Shown here piece after piece: positions 52,746 to 64,000 of a stretch of DNA of 64,000 nt. The notes beneath the pieces were generated by a model. It was not told the DNA's origin. It was given only the letters and a program-made list of their open reading frames with translations, and did not search any database. Source of the DNA: Lytechinus pictus. Its lineage: Eukaryota. How positions within the stretch are numbered: position 1 is the stretch's first letter; every line of letters starts with the position of its first letter. Made by a program: the position numbers and the translations under genes. The DNA lies in assembly GCF_037042905.1 (NCBI RefSeq), contig NC_087257.1, positions 7,440,001 through 7,504,000 on the forward strand. Reading direction: 5' to 3'.

Positions 52746-54749
52746 TTAAAGCTCACAAGCGCTTTACATAGAGGTACAGCTCTTAAACGACACCCAAATA
52801 CTCAGCCAAACAGTTTCAGTTGCAATTATGTGCTCATTGTGATAGAATTTTGAAGAGTTATCCATTGCATTAGACACTTTTTCATAAAATTCGTCTCGAT
52901 ATCATGGAAATATCACGATAATATAGATAATAATAATTACTAACAACTCCACGAGAACTCCGTATACAAAACGGTTATGTCATGTTTCATTCTTTCGGTT
53001 GCCGAAAAGTAAACCAGGTAACTTATTGACCATTATTAAAAAAAAAAAGTTTGCAGAATTACGGCGAAACATCAATATCCGAGCTTAAAACCTTGACCTA
53101 ACTGAAGGCAGAAGGCGATCGAGTAAATGACTTTTCAATAAATTAATTTGAAGGGTGAGTCGGTCCACATTGCTTTGTTGAACGGTCAACGATATCAACA
53201 CTTTCTTTTCATTTTCTTAAAAAACGCATTCATTTCCAATAGCTTTGAAAACGAAAAGAAATTTAATTTCCTTTGGCTTTGAAACGTTTGCTGTTTCCAA
53301 AGCCATAGGAAATGGGGTTTTAGTAGGAGGAAATGGTAAGACAAAGAAATGGCATTTAGTGCGTCTGCATCATTTTCAAAGTATAATCCGCGAGGGACCC
53401 GATGCTATTACAGCACGAAAATAAGCAATTTTTTTCTGACGAATAATTGGCGTTAATTCAAATCGGAATGCACGGAATGAATTGAATGTTAATGAATAAT
53501 CAATTATTTGGAATAAAGATAGTAAGTCAAGCTCTTAAGGATTTCTGCGAGTGCTATAGTGGACCCTTGGGTAATTCGAGGTATGGAAGGCAGCCGATAC
53601 GATTCCAACTTGAATAATACACTTCTTGAAATTCAGAACCACGTCTAAACCTTCTTTTCTTATGAGTATTCCCGTGCGGAAAATTGGAACCTGTGTTCTG
53701 TTACTCAAATAATTAAAAGAGCAATTCTGATGATAAATAGGAAAACAATGTGTCTGTTTGATTGGTTAGAAATATAGAAAAGTTTTATATTTACGTTCTA
53801 TTTCAATAAAACTCTTTCACTAATTAGAGTCCATGTACACTTTATCGAGATAAGAGAGTGGCGTAATTAGTCCAAAATGTTGAAGGGGCCGGACATGGGT
53901 GATGGAGCAAAAGTTCCCCCCAAAATGCGAGCGAGTGTAGCAAGTGAATAAAGAACTGACATTTCACCCAAAAACCCAACTTAGTTTTTGATAGATTAGA
54001 CATGATATTCAGAAAATGATATAGTTGTTCATGTTTTTTTTTTCTTTTCACATTTTTGGCTCTCTTGCCTGTGAAATTTTTGAGGACCATGCCCCTCCAT
54101 ACATCTGTACGCAAGTTAATGAGGACATCAAGAAAAGAGTCTAGGGTTACGAATAATAGATTACCCCAAGAATGAATGAACAAGGAAAAAAAAACTTGCA
54201 CTCTACATCGAGGCCTGTCAGATGGAGTTCCTTTATTATTTTTTTCCTTAACTTCATGAAAAAGGATAATGAATGCTTATGGGGTACTTAACACGGTTTT
54301 TTTTTCTTGGGGGTTGTGATTTTTTGTTGCGCCATTTTGTATGTGGTTGTCGGGGGTGTTCACTAGCCTGACAAATTATCCCCCTCAATAACAATAAGAA
54401 AATGCACTTGCTATAGAGAACATCGTGTCATAGGGTTTCATCTACTGCAATTGATCTATAGAACGTAAAGCGACCGTTATTGAGTAAATAAAAAAAGTTT
54501 GAATTGAAATAAAAACTTCAACCATGGAAAAGTTCAAGTTTTCCTGGATCTAGCAATGTTTTTAAAAAATAGAAAATGTTTGGTGATCACAACCGGTATT
54601 GTCTGAACTAACAGTAGCGTGAACTTGATGATGAAGTCTCGATCAATACGTCAATCATCTATCATGACTCGAGTATTCACAGCAAATCAGGGTGACATTC
54701 GCTCAATAATTTACTTCGATTTGAGGGCAACAGTCGAGGTTTGATGGGC

Positions 54750-54960
54750 CATCCATACCAATAAGGCCAAGTATATGCATTGCGCATGCCACCATTGTGT
54801 CGGGCACGTGGTACGTGCGCTTTAAGCCAATCACGGCCATCAATTGCCCAACGTGGTCACTGAATCAACAGTCAATATTGTGCGTGCGTGCTTTCCGTGT
54901 GTACGCCGTATATCAGCAATATTCCAACGAGCGGCGATCTTTGGTTGTACCTGTTAACGC
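54750..54960 (+). promoter_or_regulatory. CpG-rich Pol II promoter of an unidentified plus-strand gene
   Basis: CCAAT boxes (about 54759 and 54827), NRF1-like TGCGCATGC (54781), CACGTG (54805) and several RCGTG motifs upstream of a strong splice donor. Confidence 0.55.
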
Positions 54961-54999
54961 AAGCGTTTCGAAAGTCCAATCGTCACCTACTTAATCGGA

Positions 55000-55209
55000 C
55001 GCAGTATACGTCCTCACATCCATTTCTCACTTTTCACACTGAAGTTGTGGCTTCATTCGAGATCATTTTCCTCAAGACAACTGTACCAGTTACAAAAATT
55101 GTAGTTCTCGTATCGGATGCACAATACACCAATGGAATCCTTTTCTGAATTTCAATGAATAAGCATCTGATGCTACTCCGAATCAGGGAATAGATGGTGC
55201 AACATTCTG
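55000..55209 (+). other. Probable first exon (mostly 5' UTR; possible ATG GTG CAA CAT TCT G start); 5' boundary approximate
   Basis: Consensus donor CTG|GTAAGT at 55209/55210, followed by an abrupt switch to T-rich intron-like sequence. No downstream exons identified. Confidence 0.5.
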
Positions 55210-58200
55210 GTAAGTAAAACCTTTTTTAGAACTTATTGCATTTGTATGTTAGACGAATTTGTTTTGCATATATGAACCGTTAGTTTTGTGTCGTATTTAA
55301 TTATTCATTTTACTTCAATGTTTTGTTTCACATAATTTGAATCAATGAATCATATTATGTAGTAAAAGAACAAAAAAAAATAATTAAAGATCCTAATGAT
55401 TCCTATATGAGAGGTTTGCAGTTCAATAATTATTTCAACAGTTTTATGTTCATCCGTGGTTCATGGGCGAAAGTCTATACCCGTTTTCATTGTTTTTTCA
55501 GATAAACATCTTCATTTATATGAACTTGCGAAATAGAAAGTGCTGTGTGATAAATTAAAGTATGTTAAAATATACGATTTTAAATGAAATTCATTTATAT
55601 GAATGCCCTCTTGTAAAAACACGATTAATTTCGTTGCGTGATAAACAAATCCACTTTTTGTAATTAAGTATACACATTCCAGGATCGAATCATTTTTTAT
55701 TATTGTTTTTTAATAAATGAAACGGTTGAATGTTTCTTATCAGTCTGAAGATATATTTGGAGTCTATTTGCTCTTTTATAAAGGTATGCTCAGATGCATG
55801 CCATTTTTGTCTTAATAATTGCGTAACTTTTAAATATATATAAAAAATGTTCATCATGTTTACATCGTAGTTGCAAAATAAATTAAACAGGCATGACATC
55901 TTTTATAAAATAGGAAAAAAACTTTTAGATATGTAGAATCAATAATATGATTTAAAGGAACATTTATAACCAGGTCCAGAGCAACTATCAGCAAGCATTA
56001 GGAACCATTTTTCCTACTTTCGTGAACCTGCATGACTGTGTTACATGTATCCAATCTGATTAAATGAAGCAAACAAGGCCTCGACCCTGTCAGTTATAAT
56101 TCTTGAACTAGAAATATCCGTGAGATGCCCACGATGAAGTACATTAGCGGTATTATAAAAGGGGTGGCTTGGAGGCAATTCCTGAGTTAAAAGCATGAAA
56201 CAGTTTATGTTGGAAATGAAACCCTAGAAAAGAAAATATGGATTGTGATACTCACACTTTCTTTCATGTAGTGAAATTTAGTGAAGCGGTTAGTATATTA
56301 AAAAAGTGTATTAAGTAAAAAGGTAAATACAAATTTTTGTTCATTTCCAGTGAGGGCCGAATTGAAAATGAAAGGCACCAGTCTGGTAAAATTGGTAATA
56401 TTTCTTTTTACTTTCAATAATTGATTTATCTTCATTAGATATGAAATTGTCTAAGTTTCTCAAACAACGTTTCTCTTAATGTGGTAAGAGTAGACGACCC
56501 AGTTTCCATTAATATAAATATTTTTTTTTATTTTTAAGTTTTTAACTTTGTGGGTATGTGTGCATGAAATGTAAGAATATGAGTCCGTGTGCTTCAGGCT
56601 GTGTGTGTGTGGGCGCGTTCGGGTTCTTGTGAATAGGCGGTGTGCATGAATGAATTACTGAAGATAGAGAGAGAGGGAGAGGGAATAGCTCACAGTGACG
56701 GGTTTAGTTTTCTTGAGTTTACTGCCGTGTGTAATGGGTAGGATAAATGAATCTGAATATATCAAATCAATGTGACAGCATGAATCTTGACCTTAATATA
56801 ATGATAATTTCTAGTGAAAAAATAGATCAACTCAGACAATTAAAACTACCCATTTATTTGAAGAAAAAAAATTAACTATTATCTTTGTAACTCGTGGTAT
56901 TCAGGATTAGAATTGTGATCGACTCGTGAATTGAAAAGAAAGTTAATGTCTTTTTACACATGTACATGGAACGTTTATTGTTTTTTACGTCTTTCTTTCT
57001 TTCTTATCATTACCAAACAGCAGCAACTAATTGTTATTTGCTAATACACTGTTTGACAACTGGCAATAATGAACTTCGTATACGTACGAATGATTGCAAA
57101 TGCTAACCGATAACAAAAAACAGAGTTGTCAAGAGAAAGAACTTATTTGCCGTAATGAATTGCATATTGGCATTTCATGTTTGCAAACGTCACGAGATTT
57201 CACCCGACGATTTCTTAATTTTGGCTTCGTGGTGACAAACACCTTTATTAGCAGTAATTCTATTTCAGGATATACTTGATCTGTTGAAAATGAATGTGGA
57301 TGCTTGGAACCTGACGAAAAGTCAAGAAATTATCGCATTCATGTTTTCTTGAGGATGTTTCCCTCACGTAATATTTGTCTGTCAATTTTTGCAGTCTCTC
57401 CCTTCTGCTATCTCCACTGTTATTAACCGAGGACAGAAATCCGTGTTCGTTTAATGAAATAATTTAATGAAGGAATTAGATTGAAAAATAAAGGAATATG
57501 TTTTGGGCTAAGTATAACTTTTCCAGAAATAAAATGATTTGCACAAGATATATTTGTCTGACTTTTATTAACACCTTCATCGTCTATTGGATAATTTTCT
57601 ATGATGTGAGGTAAAGGATTAAAAGAAAGAAAGAGGGAAAGTTTCATAATCTGTAGTAGATATGAAACTGGTGTAGAGTATTTCAATAACCTCGAATTAT
57701 GTCATCTTCACATTTAAGCTTCGATTCCAGGGTTACGTAACACAAAGGTTAGCGATTGATCGTACGCTTGGTTTTTACGATTGATTGTACAAAGTAGTCA
57801 ATGCAATCAATCGTTAAAAAATGTTCTACGATCATTGCTGAGCTTGTTTTACGGGCCCCAGGACGAATGCACCCTCATACCGACCCCCCCCCCGACCCCA
57901 TTTCAATGATTGCAGAACCTTACAAACTCCCAATCTTTTCTTTGAAAGGAAGAAAACAGATCTGTCATGAAACAGTTGACAGTAAGATTCTTAAAGATAG
58001 CTTTTTGCAAAACATTTTGTCTAACAGGCATGCAAGATCTCTCTTCACCCTATAACGGATAAAACCTTTTTGTAAGGTTTATACCACAAAATGTTACGTT
58101 ACTAATGGGGTTGCACACTTGGCATTTCATGGAACGTGAGAGGTTAAAAGCTAATGCTGATCGCCACTTAATTCAAGGTCATTTTATATACCCTTATGAA

Positions 58201-61200
58201 GAGATAAACGTAGGTGGACTCTATTGCGATATCACTAGTGTGTGGGCACTGCATGGAGAAAAGTATATGGTATCTTCGAAAACACAGCTAAAACAGTTGG
58301 AATCATGGAGAAAAGGATAAAAAATAAGAAAACAGTTTAATTCAATTCAGTTAAACATTCATTTCTTCCGAATGAGATTTCGTTATTTTCATATAAAATA
58401 TACAAATCAATGACGTAGTACAAAACAATTAATATGAATACAGTATGTGAATTATGTCATTATGGAAGATGGCGTAAAAAACCCCAAAGCAGGTGATTGT
58501 GTCGGGATACGACTGTAATACTCTTGACTGAGATGGGAAAATACGACACAGGAAAGTGACGAAAATGATAAGGCAGACATATTTATACAACTATCGTTGG
58601 CTACAGACTTTGCTCGAGCTTGAATTATATATGATACTTTTCACTTCTGCAAGTGATTCCAGGAAGAGAAAGTTCATTCTCATCACTATTGTTACAATGA
58701 TAGGTTATAACCCGAGAATTGTCGATGTAGTCCGTACTGGCAAGATTACATGTAGGTGAAATTGATACATGGAAATACTTCAAATGGTATTATTTTCTCA
58801 GTTGGCGTAGATGATACGTCAATCGTGACAGTCTCTTCTAATTTACGGTTTTCATTTTCATACCCGATAAATCATACTTTTGACAATCATAAATCTACGT
58901 CATTTTTTAAGATTTGACTTCAATCACATTTGATTGATCTTTTTTTCCCCTTTTAAAATACATGTCATTGCTTAAAGCAAACAGCATAATAGGTCAAGTA
59001 ACTTGCCTTAAAGTTGATCCAAACAGAATGCCTGGAGGGAATAAATAGAAGAGCTACAAGTCAAGCAAGAACCGCCATGTAAATGTGCTTCAAGTCCTCT
59101 GTCAATGAACAGGATGCCACAAAGAGAAGGGATTCCCTATAGCAAATGCATCATAAGAAATCCACCGAAAATAGGGGGTGGGGTGGGGGTAGTGAAGAGA
59201 AGATTCGTTGACAATCTATCTAAGAGGTAGATGTTCTGACAGTTCGTGTAATTATGAGTGACATGGACTCCGATGCTACAGGTAGAATTCATTTCGTACG
59301 AAAAAGCTCCCACGAGAGTCAAAACTTATCCAATGATGGAGTATTGTTGATACTACATCTGCAGGCTAACTCAATTCGACGGGAGGGGAAATGGGCGAAT
59401 GGCTATGAATTACTCTGCTCCAAATACATTTATTACTGGAAGTGCAACATTATTCCCCATCCCATATCTTCATCCTTGCCCTCGATGTCACAATAGAATG
59501 TTACTGGTAATGGAAAAAGCGCCCAAAGTTAAGCTATCCTTCGAGAATTAGGATGGTTAGGAAGACGAATGTTACTTCAAATTCTCTGAAAACTACAGAG
59601 TTTACCAATTTTGCTTCAAGCTAGCGTTGTTCACAGGCATGGAAAGGAAACGTGCACTCGGGGGTTATTCACAGACTTAAAGTGTGGGTTTTAATGGGTA
59701 TGAAGAGATGAATGGCTTACCAACACTTTATCGAAATTGAAACCTTTGAATTGAATTGAAATGAATATATTTATTGTCCTGTGTAGGACAATTGTATTAG
59801 TTATATGTGGTAATAGTAACCTAACTGTCTCTTTATCTCATTTTCATGATATTTATTGTGAGATCGAATTATTCCTATTCATCATCCCGTATCTTTTTCT
59901 TTAACACCGATATCTTTAACAAAGGCGACCGATGACCGTCTAGAATGATGAACCCGATTTAAGAATATTTCTTTCTTAGGGGAGGGGGTTTCTATAAAAA
60001 AAGAAAAAGGAATAGGGGTCTACGTAACTTTTTGATAGGATACTGTTACATGGGTTGTGTTACATAGACCATGCATTATATCTCGACTGATAAATGACAT
60101 GTTAATAATCATTAGAGGCCTGTTTTCAGTTAAAAAAAGACAGTTAAGTTAAATTCATTATCTCAGTATCAATACCTAGTTCAAGCACTGGCCTGGCTGA
60201 ATATTTTCATACGTTATGTTGGATATTCTGTGGTCCGGTTGATAAAGGATTTAAAACGTTGTGGTTTTGTCACTGTGGCAACTACCATGGTAACATGGCT
60301 CAGCAGCCAATCACAACCAAGGTTTCCATGGTAGTTGCGAAATTTAATTTACCCGAAAATATTTTCAATTACGCTTAGACATTAGATGAGTAATGTATTT
60401 ATAACTTTATATGAATCATGTGATTAGAAGGCGACACAAGTAATGAGAAAGAAATATGTGAGACACAAGGACTAGAGATAAATAGTGCATAAACATACGA
60501 AGCTTGACGCCATTAGTATTATTCAATTATTCTATTGAACATTGTTAATTTCTATTTGTATTTGATAAATTTTAATCAGTTATTTATTTCAGTGGACTCA
60601 CATAAACAAGCGAAGCTTTCCAATGAGGTTCCTTTTTTCATTCCTGTAATTCATATTCTGTTTTGTTCCTGCTTACTTTGCCAATTTGTTTGAAATTAAG
60701 AAGAATAAATTCAATCAATCCCTCAACATGATCAAAGATACTTATCTTCCTTTGATACCAGTCCTCATTCAGAAGGTTTTGTAACAGCCCTTGGACATTT
60801 CGTATCCCCGAACAGCCTTGCTGAGTTGAAAGACAAAAACTCGGATTGCAAACGAGATAAAGTGGTCTTCTTTCTCACTCAATCTGAGGATGATATTCTA
60901 TTTCCATCCCATACTCGTCTTGGTGTTATAAATCGAAGTAAGATGATTTGATATCTGGAGCACGGCCACAGCTGAGGAACCGTGCCATGCTGATGAAAAG
61001 TACGGCTCCGAAAGATGACCAGGGTCCGGTACACAGAGGTTAGCGATCAATCGCTAGATGAGCTGACCAATCAAGATCAATGTAACATGCGCAATTTGTT
61101 CAAAATAAGGACCCTGAACCAATCAGAAGCGTTCTTTGATATTTTCTATTCAACGCAAAGTTTTGTGTTACGGGAATCAAAACGACCGTACCTGTAGTGA

Positions 61201-61689
61201 AAGTGAGATATTAGAGTGAAGCCACAGTCACGCCAAAGGAATTGACTCGAGATCGATCAAAGCTAATACGTTCTTACCAATGGCTTACCATCGATCGGTT
61301 AGGAGGTGCTATCGTTTGTGTACCTGCGACATGAGGGGAAGGAACGTGGGGGGGGGGGGCAATCACTCGCGAATCCTAGGTCCACCTCAAATATGTATTT
61401 TTCCAAATTGATGAAGTAGCGAGAAAGATAGAAAATACATGAAAAGGGAGAGAAAAAAAGAGAAAGGGGGAGGATGAGTAAGAGAGAAAAGAAGAGGGAG
61501 GGGGGGGGGGAGCGTAAGATCGAGAGAGAGAAAGAAACAAACAGACAAACAGACTCCTTTCTTAAGTTTCTCTTAAGTTTTTGTAAACCCCCTTAAGCAT
61601 TGTTAAGCGTTGGTATTTTACCTGAATTTATAATGCTCTATTACCATGATTACTGTTACAGTGCGTATGCTTTACGAAATAATAATAAT

Positions 61690-61960
61690 CATTATAATAG
61701 CTGTATTTATAAAGCGCCTTTTGCCGGAGGATACAAAGCGCTGCTATTATTACCCCGGCTTTAGCTCGAGCTACCATCACCGGCACTCAGTGCATGCAGG
61801 AAATTAATCCTGCCGGGTACCCATTCACCTCACCTGGGTCGAGTGCAGCACAGTGCGGATAAATTTCTTGCTAAAGGAAAACACGCCATGGTTAGGATTC
61901 GAACCCACGACCCTCTGCTTGAAAGGCGAGAGTCAGAACCACTAGACCACGACGCGCCCG
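61690..61960 (-). mobile_element. tRNA-derived SINE (DeuSINE-like), near full length
   Basis: On the minus strand: GGGCGCGTCGTGGTCTAGTGG (A box), GGTTCGAATCC (B box), CTCGACCCAGGTG...AATGGGTACCCGGCAGG core and an (ATT)n-like tail. Confidence 0.85.
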
Positions 61961-62910
61961 AAATGACATCGTGTGTCGGTGGGTGTGCTCTCGTTTTTAC
62001 TAGAACTTATTTCTTGGATCACATACGACATATAAACGAATTGTGTTGTTTTTCCTTTTTTGTAACAAAACAATTCTCAAGCAAGGAACACATTTCAGGA
62101 TAATATTTTTGTTTAATAAAATCCTCCTGAAATGCAATGCCTTAATTTGAAATGAAAGTAGGTGTTGACATGGTTGAAAGTAAAAAAAAAACGTCGCCTT
62201 TTGAAATAGCAACCCATTTGCTATATTACCTCTGGATGAAAATAATGAAATCGACGTATTTTTTATTACAATAATTATACTTTCGAATATGCAACTGTCA
62301 GGATGGGATTGATTATTGTACAAAGAGATAGTGTTTTTTCAAATATAGTTTACTTATTTATCTATTCTGTTGCGCTTTTCTGACCCTGAATACGATGTGT
62401 TAATTAATCCCATTGCATCGATGTTATCATTCAGTCAGTCATCGAAATAGTCGCATAGTTCGCCTGCATGGAAGTCGAATTGCAAAATTCACTTCTATCA
62501 TGTCGATACCCCCTCTCTCTCTCTCTCTCTCTCGCTTTCACTCACTCTCTCACTCTTTGTTTAGACAGAACAAATTGAGTTGAAAGTGATAGCCCTATAG
62601 ATAGTTTCAGCATTATGATTCTGCGATAAGAAGATTGTTCGAGAAAACCAATTAATAAACTATAAAAAAAACCGTTCGATTTGCTTCATGAATATCCCTG
62701 ATGAGGGTGTGTTACTTGTTTAATTGTAGAGTTGTGACATATTAATTAAGTCCTTTCTGTAGATGACCGCTTAAATTGTCTTTTTTAAAATATTTTATCT
62801 TGATTTGCATTTGTGCTGTTTCAGATCAAATTGTAGCTTTCGGGTTTCAGCCAACATGACCAAAGAATACTTTCATAAATTCCTTTCTCTTAACGTAAAT
62901 GCGATGCTAC

Positions 62911-63049
62911 NNNNNNNNNNNNNNNNNNNNNNNNNNNNNNNNNNNNNNNNNNNNNNNNNNNNNNNNNNNNNNNNNNNNNNNNNNNNNNNNNNNNNNNNNN
63001 NNNNNNNNNNNNNNNNNNNNNNNNNNNNNNNNNNNNNNNNNNNNNNNNN
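62911..63049. other. Assembly gap
   Basis: Run of N. Confidence 1.
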
Positions 63050-63311
63050 AATCAGGGTGGCCTCATCAGTTACACATTTAACTGCAGCTGTCATTGAGGG
63101 CCTTGAGCTAAAAATTCATATGTACAATATTCACAAAGAATACATCAATCAAAATGGCATATACATGTATTACAATGTTACTAAAGAACATATTGATATA
63201 ATGAACATTTCAATACAGTAAAGTGAAGGATGACTGGCAACAGAGTATTGTTCAATTGATAAAGAAATAATTTGAGTAGATGTTGAGTAATGAGTAATGA
63301 ATATAATTCGA

Positions 63312-63955
63312 GTAATGTATATATAGTGAAACAACTGAAAATGAGAGAATAATAGATGCGTAACTTCACTCAAGGTCCCTCATAGCTGTCATCCTTTCTG
63401 AGACAATCAAAGGTTGAACAATGCCTCTGCAGGAAATCGAACCCGGGAGCTTGGCTCTGAACGCCTTAATGCCTTAACCACTAGACCACGGATGCTGGCC
63501 TATACATGCATGACAGGCGAGACCGAGTTCAATTTACCGGCAGACAAATTTCCAACCTTTTTATTGATTCTTTGTCTTTTTTTTTTGCCTGAATACATTC
63601 ATTCATCAGAATAAATGAATGAATAAATGCGTGAATTCAGGCTTGAATGAGCTGGGATCCAACTTTGGCATGCGGCTACTGATTGTTCATTAAATCATCT
63701 GCACCAAAAAGACAAATAATCAATAAAAAGGTTGGAAATTTGCCTGCCGGTAAATTGAACCCGGTCTCGCTTAACTGCTGGCCCGCCTCCGTGGTCTAGT
63801 GGTTAAGGCATTGGTGTTCAGAGCCAGGGACACGGGTTCGATTCCAAACGGAGGCATCTTTTCAACCTTAGATTCAGAATGGATGACAACTCTGAGGGTC
63901 CTTGAGTGACGCTCCGCATCTACTATTCTCATTTTCATTTGTTTCACTGTATATT
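63312..63955. repeat. Foldback element with two divergent tRNA-like units
   Basis: Arms at about 63312-63585 and 63705-63955 are inverted copies. tRNA-like units with A and B boxes lie at 63422-63496 (-) and 63785-63856 (+). Confidence 0.8.
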
Positions 63956-64000
63956 ATCTACAAGAGAGTTGTCACAATTTGTTTGCATTATCTAATCTCT

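Noticed and set aside
59000-61010. Possible downstream exons of the 55-kb gene
   Set aside because: Only short ORFs without convincing paired splice sites or recognisable protein motifs.
62805-63221. ORFs spanning the N-run
   Set aside because: Artefacts of the assembly gap.

Overview
AT-rich, intron-containing animal genomic DNA; the repeat families suggest an echinoderm such as a sea urchin (inference, not verifiable here). One well-supported host gene is present: a minus-strand GH3-domain (GHDC-like) acyl-adenylate/amido-synthetase gene with six phase-consistent coding exons (7531-13623), one predicted GC-AG intron and an unresolved first exon. A promoter plus first exon of a second, unidentified plus-strand gene lies at about 54750-55215. 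The rest is mostly decayed and nested mobile DNA: tRNA-derived SINEs, a CR1-group LINE, a HERO-like RLE non-LTR fragment, a Penelope-type hammerhead remnant, many MITEs (hAT with 8-bp TSDs, Tc1/mariner, Kolobok-like) and a Gmr1-type Gypsy remnant. The most notable structures are (i) a non-autonomous Transib/RAG-like element (47047-48261) with perfect CACAGTG heptamers, a 5-bp TSD and nonamer-like motifs at 12- and 23-bp spacing, nested in a Sola1-like element nested in the Gypsy gag; (ii) a 14.2-kb TA-flanked TIR element (27072-41314) with subterminal repeat arrays and a possible spliced cargo pseudogene; and (iii) a foldback element carrying two divergent tRNA-like units with UCA anticodon loops. 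Most ORFs in the supplied track are spurious. An assembly gap lies at 62911-63049.
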